A stretch of DNA of 64,000 nt from a virus (lineage: Duplodnaviria; Caudoviricetes). The notes beneath the pieces were generated by a model. It was given only the letters and a program-made list of their open reading frames with translations. It was not told the origin of the DNA and did not search any database. A program made the position numbers and the translations under genes. How positions within the stretch are numbered: the first letter of the stretch is position 1; each line of letters opens with the position of its first letter. Positions 48,758 to 58,650 of the stretch are shown here, in pieces. Where the stretch lies: IMG/VR virus record IMGVR_UViG_3300020576_001287, positions 1 through 64,000 of that record. One strand, written 5' to 3'.

Positions 48758-49753
48758 ATGACACACCCAATTTTATACTTTACGGATTTACACGTTAACC
48801 GTTATAATCAATTCTCAGAACACCATGACCGGCTAAAGGATTGTCTTAAAGTTATCAATGATGCTTTTAAATTCATTGATAAGGTTGGGGGCAAAACTAT
48901 ATTGTTTGGCGGGGATATGGGGGACTTACCTAAGTGGATATACATTGATGTAATTGATTCCATTATCAAATGTTTGTCCAATAACTTTCGGAAGTTTCCG
49001 CATATAACTATGGTGGCAATATCCGGCAACCACGATCACAATACAAAGAATCTAATTGATAAACCTGCCAAGACTTTGCTTAGTGTATTCGCTGTAGCAT
49101 TTCCTGACAGGTTTATTTTAATTGATAACGAGCATTACTTTATTCCTGGGGCAATAACTTTTGGTATACCTTACTACGAGTACCCTGAGCATTACAGTAA
49201 GGCTTTAGAGGCTCAGGTAGAGCTGGCAACCGGTATGAGTGAGGAGTTTCCCGAAGTGTCCAAAATACTCCTCATACACCAGACACCGGAGGGTATCTAC
49301 AATAAGCACATAAAAGCTGACACTAACCCCAATGACCCAAGGTATAAGCACTTTGATATTGTGTTAGATGGGCACATACACAAGAAGCAGATAATAAACC
49401 CAAGATTTATAATAGGTGGTAACCCTCTGCATAGAGACCTAGGGGATATAGGAGACGAAAAGGGTATGTGGGTTATGGATGCTTCAGAGCCGGTTAGAAC
49501 ACTGGATTTCATTAGTCGTAAAGGCAGATACCCAGAGTTTGTAGTAATGAAGCAGGAGGACATAACAGACGAGGTTAAACACACTACGTTTGCTGTGCCG
49601 GATATGACAGAGCAAAAAGTAACTTTACCTGGTAGTGCTGATGCTAATTTGTTTGCCTCCAACCTGTCTAAGGAAACCTTGATAACTAACTTTTGGAAGC
49701 AGATGGAGGGTAAGAATGAGAGGCTTTTGAAAACCGGATTATCCCTGATTTAA
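48758..49753 (+). CDS. sbcD: SbcD/Mre11-like metallophosphoesterase nuclease subunit
   Basis: FTDLH, GGDMGD, ISGNHD, LIHQ, DGHIH motifs. Confidence 0.85.
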   Translation: MTHPILYFTDLHVNRYNQFSEHHDRLKDCLKVINDAFKFIDKVGGKTILFGGDMGDLPKWIYIDVIDSIIKCLSNNFRKFPHITMVAISGNHDHNTKNLIDKPAKTLLSVFAVAFPDRFILIDNEHYFIPGAITFGIPYYEYPEHYSKALEAQVELATGMSEEFPEVSKILLIHQTPEGIYNKHIKADTNPNDPRYKHFDIVLDGHIHKKQIINPRFIIGGNPLHRDLGDIGDEKGMWVMDASEPVRTLDFISRKGRYPEFVVMKQEDITDEVKHTTFAVPDMTEQKVTLPGSADANLFASNLSKETLITNFWKQMEGKNERLLKTGLSLI

Positions 49754-49855
49754 AGTAACTTTAAAAATAGTTTGGGAATTATTTTGTGGTCCCAATTTTA
49801 ATTCTGAATTTTACAGTCTAACAAAATTTCTTTTTAACCAATTCAATCAAAATTT

Positions 49856-50974
49856 ATGGCAGCGGCAGCAGCAAAAGCACGTACAGCAAAGATTATCTTT
49901 TTGTGGCCCGAACAGCTTAAAGTAGCTAAGGGGTTCAATGTAAGGTTTGAAATGGGGGACATAACAGCCCTTGCAAAATCAATCGTAAGTAACGGCATCA
50001 AAGAGCCAATTCGCGGGTACAATTCCGGTGAGAAGACTACAGACGGGCTACCTATTTACATCATCACTGATGGACACCGTAGGTTTACAGCGGCCCAGCG
50101 CATAGCTGATAAGATGGAAGAAGGTGACTTTATCCCATTCTTTGAAGAGCCAAAGGAATACACCAACGAAGACCGTGTAGTAGACATGCTCATTACCGGA
50201 GAGAATAAGAAACCACTGAACTTGCTGGAAGCAGCCAGGGCGGTTAAACGCCTGAAAGATGCAGGTTGGAAAAACAGTGAGATAGCCGCACGTATCGGTA
50301 AATCTCCTACCCACATTACCGACTGCCTCATACTGGTAGACAGGGCAAGCGAAGAAAATATAAAGTCTATTGAAGACGGCAGTATGACCGCTTCCAGCAT
50401 ATTGGAGATGCTGAAAATAAACTCCTCTGAAGTTGTGGAGCAGGTGGTAGCTAAGGGCAAGGAATCAGCAGCAGCTAAGGGTAAAACCAAGCTAAAGGTA
50501 TCTGAGCTGGAAGAAGAAAGCGGGGAAGCACTTACAACCAAGGGTAAGAAAAAATCCACATCTGCAAAAGAAAATTCTGTAGCTCAGGCCGGTACAGAAA
50601 AGAAAGAAGAAAAAGTAGATGCTTCATTACAGCGTTTGTTGGACTTACGGGCAGTGCTGAAAGCTCAGGAAGCTGTAGACAAGGTACCAGGTTCTTTTGA
50701 ACTGCTTAACGCACTTATCAAGATAGCCAAGGGCACTAAAATGCCTATTGACGTTCTGGATATGTTTATAGTGCAGGAGCCGGAAGTAGCAGACGAAGCC
50801 CCTGAAGAAGAGGAAGAGGCACCGGTAAAGCCAGCTAAAAAGGCTAAGGCGGAAGAAAAGAAAGTAAGTAAAAAGAAAACATCTGCGGCCCCTGTAGAAG
50901 AAGAGCCGGAGGTAGAAGACCTTGCAGAGGACTTGGAAGAAGAGGAAGAGGAGGACGAAGATTGGGTAGAATAG
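49856..50974 (+). CDS. parB: ParB/Spo0J-family CTPase-HTH protein with acidic/Lys-rich tail
   Basis: ALAKSI..NGIKEPI, DGHRR arginine patch, EN...LNLLEAA.A, HTH KNSEIAARIGKSPTHITDCL. Confidence 0.88.
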   Translation: MAAAAAKARTAKIIFLWPEQLKVAKGFNVRFEMGDITALAKSIVSNGIKEPIRGYNSGEKTTDGLPIYIITDGHRRFTAAQRIADKMEEGDFIPFFEEPKEYTNEDRVVDMLITGENKKPLNLLEAARAVKRLKDAGWKNSEIAARIGKSPTHITDCLILVDRASEENIKSIEDGSMTASSILEMLKINSSEVVEQVVAKGKESAAAKGKTKLKVSELEEESGEALTTKGKKKSTSAKENSVAQAGTEKKEEKVDASLQRLLDLRAVLKAQEAVDKVPGSFELLNALIKIAKGTKMPIDVLDMFIVQEPEVADEAPEEEEEAPVKPAKKAKAEEKKVSKKKTSAAPVEEEPEVEDLAEDLEEEEEEDEDWVE

Positions 50975-50993
50975 TGCAAGGGAGTTTAAACAT

Positions 50994-51036
50994 AAGCAGG
51001 GGTACGACCGTAGTGATACGCTACCCCTGCTTTTTT
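50994..51036 (+). terminator. Intrinsic terminator after parB
   Basis: AAGCAGGGGTA...CGTA-GTGA-TACG..TACCCCTGCTT then TTTT. Confidence 0.75.
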
Positions 51037-51055
51037 AATGTACACAACATACGGT

Positions 51056-52993
51056 ATGAAGCAAATAACCATAAGAAGTATTACCCTGGAAGGGTTTAGA
51101 TCATATACCACCCCCGTTACGTTCCAATTCAATACCACAGGGCTACATCTGATAAAGGGGGACAATGGGGAGGGCAAGACTACTATATTTTCTGCCTTGT
51201 ATTGGGTAATGTATAAGCAGAATCTTAATGATACCAATAACGATAAAGTAGCCACATGGAAACACATGAGAACCACCGAGTTTAAGGGGACTCGTGTGAT
51301 TGTGTATTTTGGTGTAGGGCGATACAAGTATATGGTAGCAAGACACCTGCATTATAAGGGCAAGACAGCAGGTGTAGTGGGCGAGAACCACCTAATGATA
51401 TTCCGCAAGGAGAAAGTAGACAAGGAGAAGTTTAATTCCAGCCACCAGATTAATGACGAGTTGTATAAAGCCGACCAACAAGCTTACCTGATTAAGATAT
51501 TGGGTATAGATGCCAAGACGTTTGTTAACTCGGTTATATTCGGGCAGCGTATGGCAAGGCTAATGAGCAGCAAGGATGCAGACAAGCGCAACTTATTTGA
51601 ATCCCTATTTGATGTTGATTTTATTGACGAGCTGAAGAAGAACGCTAATAGCAAACACTCTGAATTGTCTACCAAGATTTTAAGGTACACCAATGAAAAA
51701 GAGGTATTGGATAGTAAAGTTACTTTACTTACTAGGCAGTTAGCTACAGCCAATAATGTACATGCCGAATTTAAAGAACAGCGATCAGCCAGGTTAAAAG
51801 CATTTAAAGAGCAGGCAGCACATAAGCTGGAAGAGTTGGCAAGTACTCAGCAGCTTGTAGAGGTAGCTAAGAAGAAAGCAGCCAAGGCGGATAAGACAAA
51901 CGTACTGGAAGTATTGATACAGGATGCCGATACCAAACGTGAGGCCAATGCTGCGGCTAAACAACGGCTGAGTAATGTTAAGCAGGATATAGCTGATTAC
52001 GAGAGGCAATATACAGCCTCAGAGGTTAGGCTAAATAATTGGGCAACTACCTTACAGCAGGTCAAAGATACCTGCCCTACTTGTGGTGGCCCCCTGTCTG
52101 TGGAAACAGTAGCGAAGTCTAGGAAAGTTATTCTTGACAACATTCAGCAGGAGAAAGATATTAAGAAGAGTATTGCCAGTAAGATAACCAAGTACCAGCA
52201 GTCTCAGGAAAACTTGCAGCTAGAGGTAAATTCGTCTTTAAAGGAGTTTACGGCTGCGATGGATGCCTACAATGAAGCCAAGCAACATGTAACTATAAAC
52301 AACAGTAACACGGAGCTGTTAGCACTGGAACAAAAGGCAAGATTACTCCAACAGTCTATAGACAATATAAAGGCTAACTTTGAAGCTGAGAGAGCAAGGA
52401 AACCCCCTGAGATGGATATAGCTGCTATGGAGGTAGAGTTAGCCGAGTGTAATGAGAGCTTACCCGATTATGAGGCAGCTATATCCAAAGGCAATAAACT
52501 GCTTGCTCGTTATACCTGGTGGATTAAAAATGCGTTTGGGTCTGACGGCTTAAAGGCATACATATTCTCAGCTATGCTTAACCGGCTTAACGAATGTCTT
52601 TCAGTATACACCGCTTACTTTGGCTACACGGTTGCTTTCGGTATTGATCTGACTAAAGCAACTAAACCATTTTACGGTAAAGTAATGCTTGATGGTGTTA
52701 ATGATGTAGACTATCAGGAGCTATCCGGTGGGCAAAAACAGAAGATAGATGTATGTATAGCTTTCGCAATGCACGACATGGTAGCTACTAAATCCATTTT
52801 TAACATTCTGCTATTGGATGAGGTAACAGAGGGCTTAGACATAGAGGCCCAAGAGATGGTAGATACACTGATAAGGATCAAAGCAGAAACCAAGGCTGTG
52901 TATATTATTTCCCACAGCCCTATGATGGATTACAGTGGGGTAGTGGAGTACACGGTACAAGGGGGTAACAAAACAAAATCTACTATAGCTTAA
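51056..52993 (+). CDS. sbcC: SbcC/Rad50-like ABC ATPase (T4 gp46-like)
   Basis: GDNGEGKT, coiled coil with CPTC hook, LSGGQ, LLLDE, IISH. Confidence 0.92.
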   Translation: MKQITIRSITLEGFRSYTTPVTFQFNTTGLHLIKGDNGEGKTTIFSALYWVMYKQNLNDTNNDKVATWKHMRTTEFKGTRVIVYFGVGRYKYMVARHLHYKGKTAGVVGENHLMIFRKEKVDKEKFNSSHQINDELYKADQQAYLIKILGIDAKTFVNSVIFGQRMARLMSSKDADKRNLFESLFDVDFIDELKKNANSKHSELSTKILRYTNEKEVLDSKVTLLTRQLATANNVHAEFKEQRSARLKAFKEQAAHKLEELASTQQLVEVAKKKAAKADKTNVLEVLIQDADTKREANAAAKQRLSNVKQDIADYERQYTASEVRLNNWATTLQQVKDTCPTCGGPLSVETVAKSRKVILDNIQQEKDIKKSIASKITKYQQSQENLQLEVNSSLKEFTAAMDAYNEAKQHVTINNSNTELLALEQKARLLQQSIDNIKANFEAERARKPPEMDIAAMEVELAECNESLPDYEAAISKGNKLLARYTWWIKNAFGSDGLKAYIFSAMLNRLNECLSVYTAYFGYTVAFGIDLTKATKPFYGKVMLDGVNDVDYQELSGGQKQKIDVCIAFAMHDMVATKSIFNILLLDEVTEGLDIEAQEMVDTLIRIKAETKAVYIISHSPMMDYSGVVEYTVQGGNKTKSTIA

Positions 52994-53079
52994 TGAAACT
53001 TAGAGGCGTATTACCCATAGCACACATTTTATCCTACTTAAAATAAAGTAACTTTACAAAACAAATAAAAACAACAGCA

Positions 53080-53244
53080 ATGGCAAAGAGTAACATAGTA
53101 AACGAGGACGGAACACCAATAGCCTTGTTACCGTCAAAATCAGACAGTCCGTATCCGGTAAAGAAACGTAAGGATACAACACCAGTAAAGAAGCAGCCGG
53201 ATTACAGAAAGCGTAGTAAACACAGTAGCACTTTGTCTTTATGA
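53080..53244 (+). CDS. 54-aa basic hypothetical protein (not in ORF track)
   Basis: A-rich leader; MAKSNIVNEDGTPIALLPSK...; ATGA overlap with 53241. Confidence 0.5.
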   Translation: MAKSNIVNEDGTPIALLPSKSDSPYPVKKRKDTTPVKKQPDYRKRSKHSSTLSL

Positions 53245-53804
53245 GCGATATATACGATGAGGTGTTTGGAGAGACCCGTAAGCGTAATACAATAAACTCC
53301 AAACAAAAAGGGAACACAAATGAAAGAGCCTGTGCCAAAGCCTTAAAACTTTGGACAGGCGTTCCGTTTGTACGGGTACCGGCTTCTGGGGGGCTACGTT
53401 GGCAGAATGCTACCAATACTGCTGCTGACCTTATATGTGATAGTGTTGACTTCTATTTTCCACTTACTGTAGAGACAAAGGCACTGGCAGAAATAGCTAC
53501 CCCAAGAGTACTACCGGCACGATCCAGGCTATTCACTATATGGGAGCAAGTACACGCAGATGCTGTGAGGTCTGATAAGATACCCCTAGCTATGCTACGT
53601 TCCAATGGTATGCCTGCTGGGGAATACCACTTTATACTAGCTGCCGGTATGGGGGGATCAATGCTGGCTTTAAAAGTGCCAATACTATTTTCAGGTAGCA
53701 ACGGTAAGTACAGCATAATAGGCTTTAAGTTTACAGATGTTGTTAAGTGTATGCCTTATGCTACCTTTGCTAAAATGTTGAAGAGACGTAATTTTAAACA
53801 CTAA
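53241..53804 (+). CDS. Holliday junction resolvase (Hjc-like PD-D/ExK)
   Basis: SKQKGNTNER..A..L, RVPASGG, ADL, VETK. Confidence 0.8.
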   Translation: MSDIYDEVFGETRKRNTINSKQKGNTNERACAKALKLWTGVPFVRVPASGGLRWQNATNTAADLICDSVDFYFPLTVETKALAEIATPRVLPARSRLFTIWEQVHADAVRSDKIPLAMLRSNGMPAGEYHFILAAGMGGSMLALKVPILFSGSNGKYSIIGFKFTDVVKCMPYATFAKMLKRRNFKH

Positions 53805-53808
53805 TCTT

Positions 53809-54426
53809 ATGATACCAATAAACAGAGTTGATTTCTTTCTTAATCTGACTACCAACGGGCTTAAAGCCACTAAGTTTGATGGTTATGATGCTATACTGAA
53901 TGAGTGGGAGGATATGAAGCTTACCGATCTACGCTGGTTGGCTTACATCTTTGCTACTGTGTACCACGAGACAGACAAGACCATGATGCCTATAGAGGAG
54001 CATGGTAAAGGGGCCGGTAAGAAGTATGGCAAGCGCATTAAGTTCAATGGTAAGCCTTATACAGGGGAGCATTTGTACTACGGCAGGGGGCACACTCAAA
54101 ACACCTGGTATGAGATATACGAGATGCTTACATCAAGGGCTAAAGCAGCCGGTAAGAATTGGGACTTTATAAACCACCCTGAGTTACTGCTAACTATGGA
54201 ACCTTCAATATGGGCTACGTTCTTGGCAATGACTAAAGGGCTATACACTGGTGTAGGGTTAAGCCGGTATTTCAATGCTGATAAGGAAGATTGGGTAAAT
54301 GCTCGTAAGATTATAAACGGGCTGGATAAAGCGGAGCATATAGCAGAGCTTGCTAAGGAATTCTACCTATGTCTGACTGTAGCCCCTAAAGAGAAACCCA
54401 CCACTGCTAATAACCCAACAGCATAA
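53809..54426 (+). CDS. GH19 chitinase-like endolysin
   Basis: AYIFAT.YHET, PIEE, YYGRG..Q.TW, NARKIING. Confidence 0.85.
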   Translation: MIPINRVDFFLNLTTNGLKATKFDGYDAILNEWEDMKLTDLRWLAYIFATVYHETDKTMMPIEEHGKGAGKKYGKRIKFNGKPYTGEHLYYGRGHTQNTWYEIYEMLTSRAKAAGKNWDFINHPELLLTMEPSIWATFLAMTKGLYTGVGLSRYFNADKEDWVNARKIINGLDKAEHIAELAKEFYLCLTVAPKEKPTTANNPTA

Positions 54427-54449
54427 AGTAACTTTAAAACATAATTATC

Positions 54450-54896
54450 ATGTCACATAATGAGAGGGTACCATACGCACCGGCTACGAATGGGCCTAAA
54501 CCCAGCTTAAATGTAATACCATCCAGAAGCACTACAAAGTACCTTATGTGGTTAGCTATGTGCGTATGGTCGGCTATACTAACAGGCTTTATAGTACACC
54601 TGTCTACACGCCCTGGGGTACCAGCATCTGTTACAGATTGGAAAGCTTCTGTAGACAGCCTGAAGAAGCACGATAAGGTAGCTATAGCCAAGATAGCAGA
54701 GCTGATAGCCATAAGGCAGAAAGACAGCCTTAAACTACAGCAAATAGAGGTAGCATTAAATAATCTTCCAAACAAGTTAAAACAAATACAAACCAAGTAT
54801 GAAAAAGAGACTATTCGTGTTGCTGCCTTGTCTGTTGATGACAAGCTTAGTTTATTCGCAAAACGGCTATCCGAAAAAGATAGTACTGGAAAATAA
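54450..54896 (+). CDS. i-spanin-like protein (N-terminal TM + coiled coil)
   Basis: YLMWLAMCVWSAILTGFIV then heptad-rich helix; follows the endolysin. Confidence 0.55.
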   Translation: MSHNERVPYAPATNGPKPSLNVIPSRSTTKYLMWLAMCVWSAILTGFIVHLSTRPGVPASVTDWKASVDSLKKHDKVAIAKIAELIAIRQKDSLKLQQIEVALNNLPNKLKQIQTKYEKETIRVAALSVDDKLSLFAKRLSEKDSTGK

Positions 54897-55236
54897 GGAT
54901 ACGGTAATAGCTATTACCACTACGCAGATGGGTAATATATTGACCCAGCAGATCGCGTGTGATAAGGTAGTAGAGCAGTTAGCTGCCAGTACAGCCCTGT
55001 TAGACAGCGTAGGTAGTAGCTTTATGCTGCATAGGGTTATTGTTGGGAACTACGAGGATCAGATAGACCTTATGCACCTACAGATAGCCGAGAGGGATTT
55101 GACCATAACAAAGGCAGACATACATATTACACAGGATGCCAGGTACATAAAAAAGCTGAAACGTGAGCGTACTTTAATAGGAGCAGCCGGATTAGCGGTA
55201 GCTACTTTTCTATCATACTTACTTATAGCACGATAG
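54799..55236 (+). CDS. Overlapping spanin-like partner (signal peptide + coiled coil + C-terminal TM)
   Basis: Starts 98 nt inside the previous gene; MKKRLFVLLPCLLMTSLVYS|Q; ends LIGAAGLAVATFLSYLLI. Confidence 0.5.
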   Translation: MKKRLFVLLPCLLMTSLVYSQNGYPKKIVLENKDTVIAITTTQMGNILTQQIACDKVVEQLAASTALLDSVGSSFMLHRVIVGNYEDQIDLMHLQIAERDLTITKADIHITQDARYIKKLKRERTLIGAAGLAVATFLSYLLIAR

Positions 55237-55263
55237 AAATTTTCAATGTTGTCAGAATTTTAC

Positions 55264-55271
55264 TACCTTTG
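55264..55271 (+). promoter_or_regulatory. -7 box TACCTTTG preceded by GAAATTTTC-N8-CAGAATTTT
   Basis: Upstream of the small DNA-binding gene. Confidence 0.5.
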
Positions 55272-55280
55272 TTTCAAATT

Positions 55281-55505
55281 ATGGTTATGGAATTGGCTGA
55301 AGACAAAGTTTTTAAAATACCTATATACTCAATTAGTGACTTCGCTAAGAAGTTTGCCAATGGTGTACAGACCCAATCTGTGCATTATGCTATGGATAAC
55401 GGTATCATTGACTTTATCAAGATAGGTACACGTAAGTATGTGGTAATGACAGCTAAGACCAAAGAGTACAAACCTAACAATAGCCCCCGCAGACAAACAG
55501 CATAA
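55281..55505 (+). CDS. Small excisionase/HTH-like DNA-binding protein
   Basis: YSISDFAKK...QSVHYAM..G.I....IG....V; flanked by its own promoter box and terminator. Confidence 0.55.
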   Translation: MVMELAEDKVFKIPIYSISDFAKKFANGVQTQSVHYAMDNGIIDFIKIGTRKYVVMTAKTKEYKPNNSPRRQTA

Positions 55506-55531
55506 ACCGGTATATTGATTTTCATACACGC

Positions 55532-55560
55532 ACCCTGCCTAATCAGCAGGGTATTTTTTA
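55532..55560 (+). terminator. Intrinsic terminator
   Basis: ACCCTGC-N7-GCAGGGT then ATTTTTTA. Confidence 0.7.
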
Positions 55561-55565
55561 TTTTT

Positions 55566-55604
55566 AAAATACTGTTGTTTATCAGAATTTTTTATTTAGC
55601 TTTG
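55566..55604 (+). promoter_or_regulatory. Early-type promoter GTTG-N19-TAGCTTTG
   Basis: First 26 nt identical to 63624-63649. Confidence 0.75.
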
Positions 55605-55623
55605 TGATTCAAAACACAGCAAT

Positions 55624-55881
55624 ATGAACAGCACACAGTTAGATAAAGGCAATAAGATACAGAGCCATATCCAGTTTATTACATACACTATAAAAAGCCT
55701 AGAGGCAGAAATAAGAGCGGGGGAAGGGGCAGTAACACTTACTGTAAGCTGTATTGTCCAGTTAAATAACTCTACGCTATCCGCAGCGGGACTACCTTCA
55801 GGTAGGCAAATTGTAGACGCTTATATAAACCAGTTGCAGATAGAACTGGGGGAATTAGAAAAGCAATTTGAAGCATTGTAG
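55624..55881 (+). CDS. Coiled-coil hypothetical protein, paralog of 59534-59851
   Basis: Shared P...(I/V)ID.YI.......L...FEAL C-terminus. Confidence 0.6.
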   Translation: MNSTQLDKGNKIQSHIQFITYTIKSLEAEIRAGEGAVTLTVSCIVQLNNSTLSAAGLPSGRQIVDAYINQLQIELGELEKQFEAL

Positions 55882-55884
55882 GCT

Positions 55885-56154
55885 ATGCGGTGGAGACAAA
55901 CTAAAGTTACTTTATTCACTGGGGTAGAAACACCTGTAAAGGTGGATACTCTGTTAGAGGTAGCTATAGATTGTAAAGACATAAGTGACCAGGTACTACG
56001 CTCTGATTCCGTTAAAGAATTGAAAGCCGGTACTATGGTAACTGTTGAATCCATTACCGATGCCTGCTTAAAGGACAAAACAATACGATGCTACCCAATA
56101 GGCAGCAGAATACTACACTACATCAAACCTGAATTTCTAACCATACCAAGTTAA
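55885..56154 (+). CDS. Hypothetical protein
   Basis: Tiles in the + strand operon. Confidence 0.5.
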   Translation: MRWRQTKVTLFTGVETPVKVDTLLEVAIDCKDISDQVLRSDSVKELKAGTMVTVESITDACLKDKTIRCYPIGSRILHYIKPEFLTIPS

Positions 56155-56187
56155 TGCAATGTCGCGCGGGGATAAAAAGAGAGAAAT

Positions 56188-56409
56188 ATGAAAACGATAA
56201 GAGAATTTGTAAAAGAGAATACTAACGACCGTGATGAGCCTGTGAGTAAATTCATGGTTGAGCAATTGTTGTCTATCTACGGCAAAATGGTAGTTATGGA
56301 GTGCGTAGATGCGGCAAGATTAGACCCTAATGACGACGGGTGCGGTGATGATTGTAGTTGCTGCGTAGATACCGATTCGATAATGAACGTATCAAACCTA
56401 ATTAAATAA
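56188..56409 (+). CDS. Hypothetical protein
   Basis: A-rich leader; C-terminal CGDDCSCCVD. Confidence 0.55.
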   Translation: MKTIREFVKENTNDRDEPVSKFMVEQLLSIYGKMVVMECVDAARLDPNDDGCGDDCSCCVDTDSIMNVSNLIK

Positions 56410-56415
56410 CGCAGT

Positions 56416-56790
56416 ATGTTACATAAGAAACAAGCCGTACAATACGTGAATCAGCTAACCATGATCTCTATTGTGGCATTAAACATAAATAAAGCCAAGT
56501 TGGAGTATAAGAAGTACTGTGGCTACGCTCGTAACTGTTACGATGAGCACCCTAACCCATACGCTACAGATGTTAATTACTGGTCTTTGAAGCTAAGGCT
56601 GCTTAAAATAGCCTACAAGATGTTGCAGCGTGGGGCTACTCATTTAAGCTTAAACCAGTTCGATAATTTCATTGTGGTACCATCTAAAAATGCCATGATA
56701 TTACACGATGGTAAATTACGTGATACTGACACCATCATACTAGCTGTAGAAAAACATTTGAAACATAAACAAGCTGCTAAAAATGCGTGA
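56416..56790 (+). CDS. Hypothetical protein
   Basis: Tiles; overlaps the start of the Dda-like gene. Confidence 0.55.
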   Translation: MLHKKQAVQYVNQLTMISIVALNINKAKLEYKKYCGYARNCYDEHPNPYATDVNYWSLKLRLLKIAYKMLQRGATHLSLNQFDNFIVVPSKNAMILHDGKLRDTDTIILAVEKHLKHKQAAKNA

Positions 56791-58237
56791 GTTATTCCCA
56801 TTACCTCCAATACGAGAGCAGGTAGAACGCCTTAAACGTCCGGCAGGTGTACCCAATGTGGCAAGCTTTAATGCAAAGCAGCATGAGGTAATGGCAGGGC
56901 TACTTGCATGGTACAATAAACCTGGTGGGGGTATTGCCCTGTTAGAGGGCATGGCAGGTACTGGTAAGACACATATCAGCTCTAGGTTTGTGGAGCAGAT
57001 ACTACACATGAACTGGAATCATAAGATAGCCTATACCGCTACTACCAATAAGGCAGTTAAGGTATCCTACACTATGGCAGAGTTTTACCACACCAACCTT
57101 GTATACTCTACTTTACATTCATTGCTTGCTCTGAAAGAATCCATACGCTATGATGGTAGCATAGACTTCATACCGGACAAATGGGTACAGCCTGGTATAG
57201 TGGATTGTGCGTTAGTTATTGTAGAAGAATCCAGTATGTTACAGGATAAGCTATTTGGCTACCTGCAACCGTATATTGTAATGGGGTGTAAGGTACTGTT
57301 TGTGGGTGATGGGTGTCAGGCATTACCTGTTAAGAGCAATACACGAGCTATACCGTTTAACACCATCAAGCAGAGGCAGTATAACATAGAAGTGTTTACC
57401 CTGACAGAGATAGTCCGGCAAGCAGCCGGTAATCCCATTATCCAATTTACTACAGCTATCCGTAATGATCTGAATAGGTCTAGGTCTTTCAAGTCACTTT
57501 ACAAGGAGGATATGGTTAATGAGGGGCATGGTGTTTACTTCATACGCAGGAACCGGCAAGAGGAGCGAGAGTACTTTGATGCTTTGCTCAGGCATGTATT
57601 TACCAGCCCTAACTTTGTAGAATCTGCTGATTTTGCCAAGGTGCTGGGGTATACCAATAATACTGTAAACTTTATCAATGCTGCGGTGCGTAGAATGATT
57701 TACGGTAAGCGTAAGCTACGCAGGGTAGAGCTGGGGGAGAAGCTTATAGCAGCAGAGCCTGTATTTGACTATGAGGGCAGGGTAATGATCTCCAATAGTG
57801 AGGAGCTACAGGTAGTAGAGTTTGAAAAGAAGTATCAAAATATAAACGGGGGCCAGCACACGCTAACTTACTATGATACATTAGTTACATACTTTGACAT
57901 GGTAGGTAAGCCCGTAGAGCAGCATATAAACATACTCAGTGACCTTGGGCAGATAGAAGCAGATAAGATACTACAACAAATGGCAGCAGTAGCTAAGATG
58001 CACACCCCAGGTTCTATACCTGCTACAAATGCTTGGAAAGAGTTTTACGCTTTCAAACGCAAGTTTGCCAGTATTAACTACTCCTACGCTATGACTTCTC
58101 ACAAAGCACAGGGAAGCACTTACGATAACGCTATAGTGATGGAGTGTGATATATCCACCATACGCATGCCTAAAGAACGAAACCAATTATTTTACACCGC
58201 AGCCAGCCGACCAAGGCACAGACTGTTTATACTTTAA
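56783..58237 (+). CDS. Superfamily 1B helicase (T4 Dda/RecD-like)
   Basis: LEGMAGTGKT, IVEESSM, VGD..QALPV, LTEIVRQ, YAMTSHKAQGSTYD, YTAASR. Confidence 0.9.
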   Translation: MRELFPLPPIREQVERLKRPAGVPNVASFNAKQHEVMAGLLAWYNKPGGGIALLEGMAGTGKTHISSRFVEQILHMNWNHKIAYTATTNKAVKVSYTMAEFYHTNLVYSTLHSLLALKESIRYDGSIDFIPDKWVQPGIVDCALVIVEESSMLQDKLFGYLQPYIVMGCKVLFVGDGCQALPVKSNTRAIPFNTIKQRQYNIEVFTLTEIVRQAAGNPIIQFTTAIRNDLNRSRSFKSLYKEDMVNEGHGVYFIRRNRQEEREYFDALLRHVFTSPNFVESADFAKVLGYTNNTVNFINAAVRRMIYGKRKLRRVELGEKLIAAEPVFDYEGRVMISNSEELQVVEFEKKYQNINGGQHTLTYYDTLVTYFDMVGKPVEQHINILSDLGQIEADKILQQMAAVAKMHTPGSIPATNAWKEFYAFKRKFASINYSYAMTSHKAQGSTYDNAIVMECDISTIRMPKERNQLFYTAASRPRHRLFIL

Positions 58238-58242
58238 AACTT

Positions 58243-58464
58243 ATGGGGTTAAGTACAACAACGCAAATTTTTATACTAGCCTGCGTACTAGCAGTAGTAG
58301 TTAAAGTCCTAGAAAATTATTTTGACAACACATATGTAGATGAGGAGGTAGAGCGTTATACCAAGTTTACTGGCTGTAATGATGACGTAGAGTTATACAC
58401 TGTGATCCGGTACAAGCGCACCTACAAGAACGGCACCATTACTTACATTTCTAAACGTGATTAA
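58243..58464 (+). CDS. Small protein with N-terminal TM segment
   Basis: IFILACVLAVVVKVL. Confidence 0.5.
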   Translation: MGLSTTTQIFILACVLAVVVKVLENYFDNTYVDEEVERYTKFTGCNDDVELYTVIRYKRTYKNGTITYISKRD

Positions 58465-58476
58465 AGCTACTTTAAC

Positions 58477-58650
58477 ATGAGCAGAGTTAGAAACACCCCA
58501 GATAAGGTAATGAAACCATCTGACTACTCTTACGACTATGATCGCACTGCTTACATGCGTAAGTATTACAAGAAGCGTAGGGAAGAGTTAGCCAAGAGAG
58601 CAAAGGCCAGGTATCGTGCAATAGTGACCGCTAAATACAGCACACAATGA
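58477..58650 (+). CDS. 57-aa basic hypothetical protein (not in ORF track)
   Basis: AYMRKYYKKRREELAKRAKARYR; ATGA overlap with 58647. Confidence 0.55.
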   Translation: MSRVRNTPDKVMKPSDYSYDYDRTAYMRKYYKKRREELAKRAKARYRAIVTAKYSTQ

